Below, in pieces: positions 50,746 through 61,541 of a stretch of DNA of 64,000 nt. The notes below the pieces were generated by a model, which saw only the letters and a program-made list of their open reading frames with translations, was not told the origin of the DNA and did not search any database. Within the stretch, counting starts at the first letter, position 1. Every line of letters starts with the position of its first letter. The stretch spans positions 160,001 through 224,000 of the forward strand of contig CAWGYA010000008.1 of the NCBI GenBank assembly GCA_963826715.1, in the 5' to 3' direction. Position numbers and translations under genes: made by a program. This DNA is from Candidatus Bathyarchaeota archaeon (lineage in GTDB: Archaea; Thermoproteota; Bathyarchaeia; Bathyarchaeales; Bathycorpusculaceae).

Positions 50746-51780
50746 TTGACGTCAGGTTTAAGAAAAGCGTTGTCCATCGCGGGACGTTCTTTGGCTCCAG
50801 GCAAGCCCCATCATGCACAATGGTTAGTTACAAGAAAATGTAACTATCGATGTGTAGGCTGCAACGTTTGGAAAGAGCAGGATCAAAATGAACTGTCTAC
50901 TGAAGAAATAAAAAAAGGGTTAGACATACTAAAAAAAGTAGGCATATTTGAGTTGGTTCTCTCAGGTGGCGACCCCTTATTACGACCTGATATTGGCGAA
51001 ATCATTGATTATGCTTCAGAACGTTTTGTTACTACTGTTTATGATAATGGCAGCATGGCAGCTAAAAAAATGGAGGCACTGCGCAAAGTAGATTTCGTCG
51101 CAATATCGATTGATAGTTTAGATGAATCAAAAAATGATTACATTAAAGCGGTCCCAGGCGCATGGAAAAATGCAATGGCTGCAGTCGAAAAACTCCAAAA
51201 AGAAAATATTCCCGTTAGCGTCACACCAACAATTTCCCAGAAAAACCTCTATGAAATTGTAGATATTACCAACTATTTTACTGCTAAGGGCATACCTGTC
51301 TGGTACTGCCTCTACTCCTTTGACACATCCGAAGACAGCAACCAACTCTTTAGGATAGGCAAAGCAAATGACGAATTCATGATAACCGACAAAAAAGCAA
51401 TGGTGAACCTTTGTAACCAACTTATCAACATGTCAAAAAAGAACAAAAAAATTCTCATGACCACTAAGTTGCTCGAAACCCTTCGAAGTCTCTACGATGA
51501 AGAACAGCGAACATGGAAATGCGAGGCACTCAAAAACTTTTTAGTCGTCGATCACCTCGGCAGAATAGCAGCTTGTCACAGCACCAATTTTTTGGGCACC
51601 GTGTTTGATTTACCCCAGAAATGGAAAACTGAAGAATTCAAAGCTCTTCGCAAAACCTATCATGACTGCACAAAATGCAACTACCTCTGTTATGTATTCT
51701 ACTCAATGTATGGAAGCCCCCACGGTCACCTCTCTTTAGCGAGAGAACAATGGAAAAACGCAAGATTACTCTTCAAATAA
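50746..51780 (+). CDS. radical SAM protein with SPASM/twitch-like C-terminus
   Basis: CNYRCVGC, SGGDP, ISIDS, CTKC..LC. Confidence 0.9.
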   Translation: MTSGLRKALSIAGRSLAPGKPHHAQWLVTRKCNYRCVGCNVWKEQDQNELSTEEIKKGLDILKKVGIFELVLSGGDPLLRPDIGEIIDYASERFVTTVYDNGSMAAKKMEALRKVDFVAISIDSLDESKNDYIKAVPGAWKNAMAAVEKLQKENIPVSVTPTISQKNLYEIVDITNYFTAKGIPVWYCLYSFDTSEDSNQLFRIGKANDEFMITDKKAMVNLCNQLINMSKKNKKILMTTKLLETLRSLYDEEQRTWKCEALKNFLVVDHLGRIAACHSTNFLGTVFDLPQKWKTEEFKALRKTYHDCTKCNYLCYVFYSMYGSPHGHLSLAREQWKNARLLFK

Positions 51781-51781
51781 C

Positions 51782-52027
51782 TTAATTCTCCAAGCTCGAA
51801 ATCGCAGGCAGGAAAACAAAGAAAAATTTTGCAAACTGTTCATTAAATGGAAGATCCTCCTCCATGTTAGCTATCCCCGATAGGCAAGTCAAAGCTATGT
51901 TTCCATTTATCATCCGGGGTCCAGCATCTCGTGAAAGAATTAGCTCCACCAATGCCGGTAGAAACGTTATAGACATCGTAAAGACCACCGTTCCAAGCAA
52001 AGTGATTATCAACACATCTAAAGCCAT
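51782..52027 (-). CDS. small membrane protein
   Basis: N-terminal TM; co-oriented with the GT2 gene. Confidence 0.55.
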   Translation of the reverse strand: MALDVLIITLLGTVVFTMSITFLPALVELILSRDAGPRMINGNIALTCLSGIANMEEDLPFNEQFAKFFFVFLPAISSLEN

Positions 52028-52055
52028 AATTTTTTACCCCCAAACATTGTTATTT

Positions 52056-53345
52056 TTAACATAGTTTCTCTCCGTTACCAGAATGCATAGTTTTAGTCCA
52101 GCTGTGATGTTTTCGACCAGTCACTTTTGCAGCTACAAGATCAAGAAAAGCTAACATACAAAGGGGCATATTATAAAGGAAGGTTACTATGGATAGAGGA
52201 ACTAGCCAATGCGAGTGTTTTCGTCCATCCAAATATAAACCTACACCTACTTCAAAGAAGGGTGCAAAGTTACCCACGAAACTATAAGAGGAAAGGGGAA
52301 GAATTATCAAAAAAGCAAACAGAAAATAATTATTAAAAGTTAAATTGCCATTAGAACAAATCAACACTAAGCCCACAAAGAAAGAGATGAAAACTATCAG
52401 GGGCATAAAATATATGTTGAGCAAAAGCAACCCATCTATTTTCTGTTTTATATTCATCTTATTAGTGGTGAGTACACTCCAGAAATGCTTAAAAAAACAT
52501 TGCATATGCCCCTTTGCCCAGCGGCTGCGCTGCCTCCAATATGCACCCCAGTTGTTAACAGCTTCCTCATAACATTCGGCATCAACGCAATATTTTACTG
52601 CGTATCCAGCGAGGTAAATCCGAAATGTAATGTCGGTGTCCTCAGCTAAAACCGATTCGTCCCATCCCCCCAAACTCATTAGTAAGTTATGCCGAAAACC
52701 GCCCACTGTACCGCCAAACTGAGCAATCAACCCCAAAATATTCCGGGCTTCTTGGTCTACACGATATCCACCGATGCGCTCCAAAGCCACCAAACGCGTA
52801 ACAGTGTTTTCAGGTTCATTTAAAACCACAACTCTACCTTGAACTGCACCAACCTTCGTATCTACAAACGGACTATTTAGACGCTCCACAATGTCTACCT
52901 GAGGATAATAATCAGCATCAAAACAAAGAATGATCTCGCCTACAGCTCGAGTTACCCCGTCATTCATAGCAGCAGCTTTTCCTTTTCCACTTTTTTCCCC
53001 ACTTCGATGAACCACCTCTATGAAAGGGTAAACCATTGAATATTCATCAGCGATTTTTCCCGTACTATCCGTAGAAGCGTCATCTATTACAATTACCTGC
53101 AGTTTACTTTTTGGATACGTAGCCTCGACTAGGCGGTTTAGTAGTCTCCCAATGACTTTTTCTTCATTTTTAGCTGGAACAAGAATGGAAACAACAGGTT
53201 CAAAGGCTTCAGACGAAACTTGGGTAATTTTGGGGTGGTTAGCCACTTTTAGAACTGCAAGAGTAAAAAAGTAATGACGAACAAGATAAACAATCATAAG
53301 AGAAGTTAAAAGATAAAATAAGACTTCTAAAGTCTCAAAAATCAT
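52056..53345 (-). CDS. processive-type membrane GT2 (cellulose/PNAG synthase-like)
   Basis: DDAS, DAD, AED, QRSRW, TM helices. Confidence 0.9.
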   Translation of the reverse strand: MIFETLEVLFYLLTSLMIVYLVRHYFFTLAVLKVANHPKITQVSSEAFEPVVSILVPAKNEEKVIGRLLNRLVEATYPKSKLQVIVIDDASTDSTGKIADEYSMVYPFIEVVHRSGEKSGKGKAAAMNDGVTRAVGEIILCFDADYYPQVDIVERLNSPFVDTKVGAVQGRVVVLNEPENTVTRLVALERIGGYRVDQEARNILGLIAQFGGTVGGFRHNLLMSLGGWDESVLAEDTDITFRIYLAGYAVKYCVDAECYEEAVNNWGAYWRQRSRWAKGHMQCFFKHFWSVLTTNKMNIKQKIDGLLLLNIYFMPLIVFISFFVGLVLICSNGNLTFNNYFLFAFLIILPLSSYSFVGNFAPFFEVGVGLYLDGRKHSHWLVPLSIVTFLYNMPLCMLAFLDLVAAKVTGRKHHSWTKTMHSGNGEKLC

Positions 53346-53728
53346 TGGGAACCACCTTTCGAGCGAAAACGGAGAAAAGTTAGGCTAAACGACCAAAAAG
53401 AGATAAACCAAAGAGAATTAAGAAATGGGTAGCTTATCGTGTAAATTATTTTGATATTAGTTATGGAAATTATCGAAGAGTCAGTAGCAGATACTATGAG
53501 GGCATGAAAACTGTAGTTCCAAACGGTACCTATCACATTGCCAGCGGTCAACATCGCCAGTTTGAGCAATAAACTACCCTTCAGTTGTAACATAAGTGAT
53601 ATGAATAACACATTGAAGATCAAAAGGACAGCTGTAGATTGGAAATCTACTCGAAAAGCAGTTAAGAGCACTGAAAATACGGCTATTTCTATAAGAAGAA
53701 TTACCAATAGCGATCTTATCAATTCCAC
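53342..53728 (-). CDS. membrane protein
   Basis: About four TM segments; stop overlaps the GT2 start. Confidence 0.7.
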   Translation of the reverse strand: MELIRSLLVILLIEIAVFSVLLTAFRVDFQSTAVLLIFNVLFISLMLQLKGSLLLKLAMLTAGNVIGTVWNYSFHALIVSATDSSIISITNIKIIYTISYPFLNSLWFISFWSFSLTFLRFRSKGGSQ

Positions 53729-53819
53729 GTCTCTTATTGTCCCCCAATACTGAAATCGATATAAATTCTATTGTATGATAGTGTTTTTAAAGAAAAGGTA
53801 ATAATATTATAGAAGAATA

Positions 53820-54437
53820 TTACTCAGATTTTGAAAAGGAAAAAACCACGTTATCAATTACTCGACAGAGAACCTCAAAGACTTCAGCAGCGTTCAATTG
53901 GTTAGTATCTAGAATAAAGTCAAATGGCGATAAATCTTCACCTAAAACAAAACCGTAAAGCGTTTTGTAGATGGATTTTGTATTTTCCTCCTTTTCAGCC
54001 AGCATTTTTCGAGCTTGCTCAAGGGTCATATGATCTCTTAAACTAACTCGGACGGATCGATTCTCGAAAGATGCTTCAAGCCAAATCTTAAAACAGTTAC
54101 CTTTGTAAAGCCAAGGCATAGTCCAGCTGTCCAGAAGCACATTGCCTTCTGCCGCATAATCCAGAAGTTTTTCATCAACGGCTTTATCGAATTTTGGATC
54201 ACTGACGCGTTCTTTTAGAAACTTTAAGCCCTCAGGGTTTTCCCACCAGCCCTCGATAGTAACGTCATAGCCTTCCTCTTTGGCGAGAACTTTGAGGGCA
54301 TCACCACCAGAAAAGTAGCGGAGTCCATATTTTTCCGCGAGTTTCTTCGCTAGAGTGCTTTTGCCTGTGCCCGCCATACCTGATATACAGATGACCGTAT
54401 TATGGGTGAGTTGGCAGGGGTAGTTAGTTGGGGACAT
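53820..54437 (-). CDS. cmk: cytidylate kinase
   Basis: ISGMAGTGKST; conserved position after DUF106. Confidence 0.9.
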   Translation of the reverse strand: MSPTNYPCQLTHNTVICISGMAGTGKSTLAKKLAEKYGLRYFSGGDALKVLAKEEGYDVTIEGWWENPEGLKFLKERVSDPKFDKAVDEKLLDYAAEGNVLLDSWTMPWLYKGNCFKIWLEASFENRSVRVSLRDHMTLEQARKMLAEKEENTKSIYKTLYGFVLGEDLSPFDFILDTNQLNAAEVFEVLCRVIDNVVFSFSKSE

Positions 54438-54460
54438 GGCAAGGTCACTGGAATTTTTGA

Positions 54461-54967
54461 TTAGTGTTCTATTGGCATGATACCGATTATGCGTTGGGAA
54501 AGGAGCCCGAAGAATAAGGAGCAGATAGGATACCAGTAAATTACTGGAATAGCACCAGAAACGGCTGCTCCATCGACCACAGCATTTGCTATTGTACCAA
54601 TCCCAGGTATATAGGCCATTGGAGTGTAGCCGAAGACGGGTATGAGCACTAGAAACCAAACGATAAGGTAGACAAAAGATATTCCGATTTGGAGCATCTG
54701 TGGCTTAAACATTTTAGTTTGCATGTTGTTGATTTGAGATTGTCTCTTTTTCAGCTTCTCAAGCTGTTTCTTGTCGTTAGCGCGCGCTGCAGCCATTTGT
54801 TCAGAGCGAAACTCGGCCATTTCCTTTTGCATGACCCGATATTGTTCCCAGCCAATGAAGTAGTTTATTAAAACTCGGTTAACACTAGAGTTAAGAAAGG
54901 CAATACCAGCAGCAATACCCATAATTACTAGAGTTCCTATGGGCAATGAAGTGATTACTTCAGACAT
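54461..54967 (-). CDS. DUF106/EMC3 (Oxa1 superfamily) membrane insertase
   Basis: TM, coiled coil, MFKP, WY pattern; downstream of secY. Confidence 0.85.
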   Translation of the reverse strand: MSEVITSLPIGTLVIMGIAAGIAFLNSSVNRVLINYFIGWEQYRVMQKEMAEFRSEQMAAARANDKKQLEKLKKRQSQINNMQTKMFKPQMLQIGISFVYLIVWFLVLIPVFGYTPMAYIPGIGTIANAVVDGAAVSGAIPVIYWYPICSLFFGLLSQRIIGIMPIEH

Positions 54968-55097
54968 CAGTTTTTCCTCTATCCACTCTTCAGCTTAGCC
55001 TACTTGTTCGTTGTTAATAACTATTTTTGCTTTTCCCGCGCTCAAATAATGCAGATACAGATAATTCACAATTACGTTGAATAAATGAAGTGTTGCG

Positions 55098-55643
55098 TTA
55101 GACCGTTTGGAGTGCAGACTTCGCAAGCTCGCGTGCCCAAGCCTCAATTGTTGACCAATCGCGAGTATCATGGATACGGGTAGTATCCAAACCGTTCTTT
55201 CGCAGGCTTTTCCTGTTAACTCTAACCATGATATCAACGATTAAACCGTGACTATGACTAAAATCTAAGTAACCGCCGAAGAACCCCAATGCCAAAGGTT
55301 TAAAGCCAAATTGATCTGCGGTTTTTTGCAGATAAAGACTTTTCGCAATATCTCTCTTTTCATCTTTACGGTCTGCCATCTGGCAACTAACAAACAAGGC
55401 AATTTTTTTCGTTCGAAGCACCTGCATGTTCTTCTCCAAAAAGATCAACGAATCTTTAGTCCATTTGTCAGCACGCAATCCACTTCCAACTACAATCAAG
55501 TCGTAAGCATTTACGTCTTGGGCAAATTGTTTAGCATCAATGATATTGGCTGGTATACCCTCCGCGGTTATAGCAACCCCAATTTTCTCTGCCACTTTGA
55601 TGGTGCCACCCCACCTTGTGCCATAAACAACTAGTGCCCTCAT
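55098..55643 (-). CDS. flavodoxin-domain protein (HemG-like)
   Basis: VYGTRWGGT, VVGSG, DTRDW. Confidence 0.8.
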   Translation of the reverse strand: MRALVVYGTRWGGTIKVAEKIGVAITAEGIPANIIDAKQFAQDVNAYDLIVVGSGLRADKWTKDSLIFLEKNMQVLRTKKIALFVSCQMADRKDEKRDIAKSLYLQKTADQFGFKPLALGFFGGYLDFSHSHGLIVDIMVRVNRKSLRKNGLDTTRIHDTRDWSTIEAWARELAKSALQTV

Positions 55644-56073
55644 TTGTTTCCCAACAATTCATATGAATTGGTTACAGTGCAGTTTGAAGTATCTAATTAA
55701 TTATTTTATGAAGCTGGAAGAAAAGTTATGAATAAATAAAAAAATGAAAGATGGAAAATGGGGGTTAGATTTACTTCCTTCGCACGAATATAATTGATTC
55801 AAACGAAATCGCAATTACTATTTCTTGTTTTCAAAATGTTCATTTTGCTTGTTCTTCCAAGTTGGAAAAAAATAAACTGCTAACTGCTCAGCCCTTTCTA
55901 ATTATGTGTTTTTACAAGATTTAGGACAAAACATGCTTCAATAAACAGATCACAAAGCGGCAGTTACAAGGAAATACTATCTCAAACAAAGCTGATCCAA
56001 AATGGAGAATTCAAGCTCCTAAAAAGGGAGCAAAAAAAGGTGCCATCAAAAAAATGGGCCTCTACGGGGAATG

Positions 56074-57537
56074 TTACTCGCCTAGGATTCTTCTAAACGC
56101 GGGGAACATTTCGGCAGCGCGTTCACGCATCAACAGCTCATAGTATTGATAGATAATACCCACTGATAGTAAGATTCCTGTACCAGTTCCAAACGCACCG
56201 AAGAAATCAGAGAGCCCTGCCAATAGCCCAACGAATATTCCACCCAGTACGGTCACGACTGGAATATAGCGTTTAAGGATCGCTTCTATGGGGCGCTCTG
56301 AGCGTCGATATCCAGGGATCTGCATACCGCTGTCCATAAGCTGCTTGGCAACTTTGCTTGGACCTAATCCGCCAACTTCAAGCCAAATCAAGGAGAAAAC
56401 AGCACAGAATGCCACTATTATTCCAAGGTATGCAGAAGCACGTAACGGCTCAGCAATAACGTTTTGTATACTGTGAGGTGCAGTGACGAAGTATGCTAAT
56501 CCGCCAATTGGGACAACGTTGGTGCTTATAGCGCCAGAAGCAGAGGTAGAACTAGTTACGTTGAAGTCACCGATTATCTGGAAGAACAGGTTTGTACCTG
56601 GAGCTGGTTGACCCAGTTGACTCCAGAGTAGTTGACCAAAGAAGTAAACGTTAGCGAAAAGTGCAGAGGCAAAAATCACAGGCAAGTTACTAACATAGAG
56701 AAGTTTAATTGGGTAACGACTACGGAAACCTTTGTAGCCAGCATAGCTCATAGGAAGTTCAACACGAACACCCTGCAGGTAAATAACCACTAGAAACACA
56801 ACAATGGTAGCGATTAAACCCATCAGAGACGGATATACACCTGCGTTGGACCCGAATGCCCACTCTAATCCGGTTTGCTGCCCACCTAGGAAGCTTGATA
56901 GCGATCCAACAAATAATCCTGTGGGCGGTGAGAACATGGACCAGAAGATGTTCTGTGCTACACCTGCCATGATGAAAAGACTGATACCGCTACCTAGACC
57001 CCAGCCTTTCTGAACAAGTTCGTCCATTAACATAACCACGACACCTGTGGATATCAACTGCAGAAAAATTATTAATACGGTACCGCCTGGAATACCACCT
57101 GCGGCAGGATCCCCAAACGGTGTACCATACATTCCACTGAGTATGTATGCGCCACCTTGAACTGCAGTCAGGACTATGGTGAACACTTTACTTGCGGATG
57201 TAAAGAGACCTCTGTCTTCAGGATTAGACATATCACATTTAATGATGTTTGAACCAGCTAATAGTTGAAGAATTAACCCAGCTGTCACAATGGGACCAAT
57301 ACCAAGTTCCATCAGTGTACCTTGGTTAGAAGCAAAAATAACTCGTAGCTGACCGAATCTGTCGGATGCACTTGAGCTGACCCCAAAAAGTGGAATTTCG
57401 GTCATTACAAGAAATACAATTAAAACAAGGGCGGTCCAGAAGATTTTTTCGTTAAAACTGACTTTCCTTTCAGGTTTCTTAATTTCAGGCAAAACTCGAC
57501 CTATAGGCTTGAATAGGCTGAGGAATCTTCCGGCCAT
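56074..57537 (-). CDS. secY: protein translocase SecY
   Basis: ELGIGPIVTAG, GSGISLFI, YPIKLLY, GTGILL. Confidence 0.98.
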   Translation of the reverse strand: MAGRFLSLFKPIGRVLPEIKKPERKVSFNEKIFWTALVLIVFLVMTEIPLFGVSSSASDRFGQLRVIFASNQGTLMELGIGPIVTAGLILQLLAGSNIIKCDMSNPEDRGLFTSASKVFTIVLTAVQGGAYILSGMYGTPFGDPAAGGIPGGTVLIIFLQLISTGVVVMLMDELVQKGWGLGSGISLFIMAGVAQNIFWSMFSPPTGLFVGSLSSFLGGQQTGLEWAFGSNAGVYPSLMGLIATIVVFLVVIYLQGVRVELPMSYAGYKGFRSRYPIKLLYVSNLPVIFASALFANVYFFGQLLWSQLGQPAPGTNLFFQIIGDFNVTSSTSASGAISTNVVPIGGLAYFVTAPHSIQNVIAEPLRASAYLGIIVAFCAVFSLIWLEVGGLGPSKVAKQLMDSGMQIPGYRRSERPIEAILKRYIPVVTVLGGIFVGLLAGLSDFFGAFGTGTGILLSVGIIYQYYELLMRERAAEMFPAFRRILGE

Positions 57538-57546
57538 TTATCAGCT

Positions 57547-57963
57547 TTACTCCTCGGTAGCTTCTGCTTCTGGGAGAATAATTTTTCCGCCTGCTTCCAG
57601 GATTTTTGCGACTGCAGATTTTGAGGCTGCTAAAACTTGAACGGTTAAAGCGCGGGTAAGTTTTCCCGTACCAAGAAGTTTGGTGTAGCCTAGTGCAGTT
57701 AGGTTTATTTCGGGACCTGTTGCAAGCTGGTCGAGTTTGTGAAGGTTTATCGTACTTTCAACTCGATTTTTACTTTGTGGGGAGGTAAATCCATGTTTTC
57801 CGAAATATCCAGGGTTAATGTTTTGAATTTTACTCCAGAGGTGTTTGTGGCGTCCGACTTTCCGGTTGCCTTTGCTGCCGCTGTCGCGGTGCTGTCCTAT
57901 TCTTCCGTAGCCTATAGTTCTAGTGCCACGGAATTTCCTGATTTTTCTTAGTTTATGGGGCAT
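57547..57963 (-). CDS. rpl15: 50S ribosomal protein uL15
   Basis: GYGRIGQHR, GYFGKHGF, KLLGTG. Confidence 0.96.
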   Translation of the reverse strand: MPHKLRKIRKFRGTRTIGYGRIGQHRDSGSKGNRKVGRHKHLWSKIQNINPGYFGKHGFTSPQSKNRVESTINLHKLDQLATGPEINLTALGYTKLLGTGKLTRALTVQVLAASKSAVAKILEAGGKIILPEAEATEE

Positions 57964-58387
57964 GATGGTCAGCTTTTCCTATTGCTGTTGGTTCAGCTTT
58001 TTTAAGTTTGATTTCAAGCACGCCATTTTTAAATTTGGTGTGTGTTTCGTCTGGTATGACTACCTTCGGTAAATTTAAACTTTTATAGTATCGGCGTTCT
58101 TTTGATTTGGCTGAAAGGGTAATTTTCTGATCTTTAACGTTTATTTTCAGAGAATCTTTACTGAAACCAGTGATTTCAGCAATTATAGTGATGTTCTTGC
58201 TGTCCTGAAAAATGTCGATTAATGGTTTAGGATCTTGGCTTTTGCGTTTTGCATAACTTCTGTGCGTGCGGAAGTTCGGTGGCGCCGGGGTATTTTTTTG
58301 GCTATTTTTCTGTTTTCTAGGTTTAGTTAACTCGCAAAGGTCTAGCCATTTACGGTTTTTATTGCTTCTTCGCCATTTTGCACTCAT
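57953..58387 (-). CDS. small heat-shock protein (Hsp20)
   Basis: PLIDIF...FKNGVLEIKL alpha-crystallin motif. Confidence 0.88.
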   Translation of the reverse strand: MSAKWRRSNKNRKWLDLCELTKPRKQKNSQKNTPAPPNFRTHRSYAKRKSQDPKPLIDIFQDSKNITIIAEITGFSKDSLKINVKDQKITLSAKSKERRYYKSLNLPKVVIPDETHTKFKNGVLEIKLKKAEPTAIGKADHHAP

Positions 58388-58847
58388 TGTCTTTCCCCCT
58401 CCAGTTAACTAACGGATTTCTCCAGAGGTATTATAAAATGTATCGCACATAAAGGGTTAGAAAAACCTTGAAGCCGATGACACTATTATACAATGAAAGT
58501 GAGGGCTGCGAGGTGGATTCTTTGGTATTGTTACACCTTATTGAGGCATTAATCACAAAGTTAGCCGCGCTTTATAAGGTGTCTTAATCACAAAAAAATC
58601 TTTTTTAACTGCCAAGCCTGGATGGTTAGGTGTTTGCAGTATTTTCCTGATTTCAACAGATTTGAATCAAAATTTTACATGAATTCTAGAGTTAAATCAC
58701 GCAGGCTAAGCATTGATAGTTGAACGCCTTCCAAGGAAAGGAGCGATCAGAATGTTTCACTTACAAGAGCATAAAACTTTGCCATCATTACAAGAAGGTC
58801 AACAATACTTCTAACCTACAAAGATTCATTAAGAGAAAAATTAGCAG

Positions 58848-59153
58848 CTAAATTTCTGGCACATCATTAAAATTATCGCAAGGCTCAGGTTTCGCATCAG
58901 TGCGCAAGTACTCTTCTCCATTGACGGTAACAACCCGCACATCTTCGCCGCGCCTCCACTTACCAAGAGTTGTCCTAAAAACCGTAGCGTAGCTAAGACC
59001 ACCCTTTATTTTGGCGATGACTTCTGTCCGCGATTCTATGGAAGTTTCGCAAACCAGACAGCCAAAATCGCTATGGACTTCTACACAGTTGATTTGAGTA
59101 GAGCCTATAACAGATTTGACACCTGAAATCAGATAATCTGCCCACTTCTGCAT
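58848..59153 (-). CDS. DUF3892-like protein
   Basis: KWADYLIS...YLRTD...DNF..VPE. Confidence 0.7.
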   Translation of the reverse strand: MQKWADYLISGVKSVIGSTQINCVEVHSDFGCLVCETSIESRTEVIAKIKGGLSYATVFRTTLGKWRRGEDVRVVTVNGEEYLRTDAKPEPCDNFNDVPEI

Positions 59154-59508
59154 TCAATCATCTTTTGCTCCAAAATTCATTGTGCTATTTAACACTTTTT
59201 GCTCGAAATATGGACAATATAAAATTCAACTTAATAACAGAGTGAACAGTCATACAACTTCTCTGAATGCTAATTCAAAAATGAATTAATTGTATGAAAA
59301 GATATCGATCAAATAGTCCAGGGCACGTTGCTGCAGAATATAAAGACTATTAAAATCCTATGGTGTTAAAGATGAAAGCAATGTTGTTAGATCTTCATTA
59401 TTCTTGAACCTACAGAGACCTTGCACAAACATTCAAAAATATAACTCAAGAAAAAATTCTAAGGAAAATACCTGTGGAAATAAATTGAAAGAGAAAAAAA
59501 TAACGCAA

Positions 59509-60000
59509 TTAAATCATGCGTTTAACAAGGTCGTTGATAGCTTCGCCGCGGTACCCTGCTTCGCCGCCTGCATTATATGATTTTTTGGTTAAGCCCTTAT
59601 AACCCTTTGATGGTGGGTGCAGCTTAAAGCGAGGTTCGATATCGGGCAGATTTTTGTATGCGATTTTGCAAGATAAAATGGCATCTGCAAGGTCATCAAT
59701 AGAGCCATAGCCTGTTTTTTGGAGGTATTCGGCTGTAAGTTTTTTATGACCGGCTAATCTGCCACGTTTCGTTAACATTGAGGCTATAGTGTCTTTGTTG
59801 ATTTCGCCCCATGTTACATAGTTGCTTGCACGTTGTAACATGCCCTTGTAAGCGGGTCTGCTGTCAATGAGGACAGCGTGGTTAGTGTGTGTTAGTCTCA
59901 GCAATTCGAGTGTTTCGCGGGTTTCCTTCATTGCGCTGACAGTTCCTCGAACTCGGACCACAGCAAAGCATTTGGATTCTTCAGTTTTCTGTTGTGACAT
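59509..60000 (-). CDS. rpl30: 50S ribosomal protein uL30
   Basis: VVRVRG, YVTWGE, LHPP.KG, GYRG. Confidence 0.96.
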   Translation of the reverse strand: MSQQKTEESKCFAVVRVRGTVSAMKETRETLELLRLTHTNHAVLIDSRPAYKGMLQRASNYVTWGEINKDTIASMLTKRGRLAGHKKLTAEYLQKTGYGSIDDLADAILSCKIAYKNLPDIEPRFKLHPPSKGYKGLTKKSYNAGGEAGYRGEAINDLVKRMI

Positions 60001-60002
60001 AT

Positions 60003-60665
60003 TTACTTCACCCAATCTGTGGTTGTAATCAAGTTGTAAGTTTTGGTTAATCCATCAAAGATTGCGCATGCATAAGAGGGCACTGTTCGAGTAGAACCAT
60101 AGCTTCGCATCCAAAGGTCTTTAACTCCGGCTAATCCCAAAATGACTTTAGCTACTTCACTGGAAACTAGACCTAGACCTCTGGGACCTGGAACGATAAC
60201 GACACGAACGCCACCACATTTGCCTTCTACTTCGAAAGGTACACTGTGAGGTTTGCCGCAGCCGCATTCCCAACTTCCGCACCCTCGTTTAACTGGGATA
60301 ATATTGAGGCGTGCATTGGCAGCTGCTTTTTCAATAGCATTTCGAACTTGACTGGCTTTACCTTGACCGAGACCAATGTAGCCGTCTCGGTTTCCGACTG
60401 CAACAATTGCTTTGAAGCGTGATTTTTCGCCTGCGTCAGTTTGCTTCTGAACCAAGTTAACATTTATGACTTCCTCTTGGAGGTCAGGAATTAAAGAGTC
60501 TACAATTTGTGATTCACTGATTTTTATGCCTGACAGGAACACATCTTCTATAGTTGCTATTTTACCTTCCTGAACCATTTTGCCCAATCGGGTTCTTGGA
60601 ACCCAAGATTCTAGACTACTTTGGCGTCTTTCGCTATCTCTACTTCTATCTCTTTGACGACTCAT
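60003..60665 (-). CDS. rps5: 30S ribosomal protein uS5
   Basis: WVPRTRLG, QKQTDAG, GCGSWEC. Confidence 0.97.
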   Translation of the reverse strand: MSRQRDRSRDSERRQSSLESWVPRTRLGKMVQEGKIATIEDVFLSGIKISESQIVDSLIPDLQEEVINVNLVQKQTDAGEKSRFKAIVAVGNRDGYIGLGQGKASQVRNAIEKAAANARLNIIPVKRGCGSWECGCGKPHSVPFEVEGKCGGVRVVIVPGPRGLGLVSSEVAKVILGLAGVKDLWMRSYGSTRTVPSYACAIFDGLTKTYNLITTTDWVK

Positions 60666-61540
60666 GCTTTCTTTTCACCCTTCTTGGTTGCCTTAACTTT
60701 CGGCACTGCCTTCGCTTTGGCAGATGATTTTGCTTTTGCTGCAGGTTTTTCTTTCGTTACAGCTTTCTCTTTAGTGGGAGTTTTCGCCTTTGCAGGTGCC
60801 TTTTCTGCTGAAGCTACCTCTGCAGTAACTGCTTTAGGCTGTGGCTTAACTTTGGCTTTTTCTTTCTGCATTATCGGTGACTCTTTAGTTGGAGAAGCAG
60901 GCTCCTTTGTTGCTTGTATAGTCTGCGTTTCAATTTCGGCGACTATCTTTGAACCATTAAATGATTCAACGATGTCAGCTTTCACTTTGATGAAGTGCTC
61001 TGGAAGTTTTTCAGGCGAGATTTCTTTACCTGCATATTTTGAGAATTTCAAGGATTTCTCTTCTGAGTTCGCGCTTAAGCTTTTCGCATATTCAGCAATG
61101 TGATCGCCCTTATTGCGTTCCTTAACGAGTTTGCCATCACCATGAGGAATCTCTATGCCTGCATCTATTACACCGTTCATAGTGGCGAAAATTTTGGCGC
61201 CTTTTGTAGGTGTGAATAAACCTATGTCAAGGATAGCACCTTGTATACCCGCTGCTTTGGCTTTTAACCCGCAGAGGAGACCGGTAAGGTAAGCTGCAGG
61301 GATGTTTCCCGTAGGTGCTTTCCAACCATATTTTTTAATGAGTTCACGGCTATTAGCCGCGGCTATCACTTGATCACCAATTTGTTTTGCCACGATGATT
61401 TGGGCAGTTACGTTTTTGTTTGATGTTCGGGTGACAAGCCGTGGCCTTCCAGACATAACAAGTGCCTTTCGTGCTTGGTAATCAGTTTTTCCTGAGCGCC
61501 TGCGTCTTAACTTTACGCGGTAATTACTACTATTTGCCAA
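60662..61540 (-). CDS. rpl18: 50S ribosomal protein uL18 with long K/A/P-rich tail
   Basis: RRRRSGKTDY, AAYLTG, LDIG. Confidence 0.95.
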   Translation of the reverse strand: MANSSNYRVKLRRRRSGKTDYQARKALVMSGRPRLVTRTSNKNVTAQIIVAKQIGDQVIAAANSRELIKKYGWKAPTGNIPAAYLTGLLCGLKAKAAGIQGAILDIGLFTPTKGAKIFATMNGVIDAGIEIPHGDGKLVKERNKGDHIAEYAKSLSANSEEKSLKFSKYAGKEISPEKLPEHFIKVKADIVESFNGSKIVAEIETQTIQATKEPASPTKESPIMQKEKAKVKPQPKAVTAEVASAEKAPAKAKTPTKEKAVTKEKPAAKAKSSAKAKAVPKVKATKKGEKKA

Positions 61541-61541
61541 C

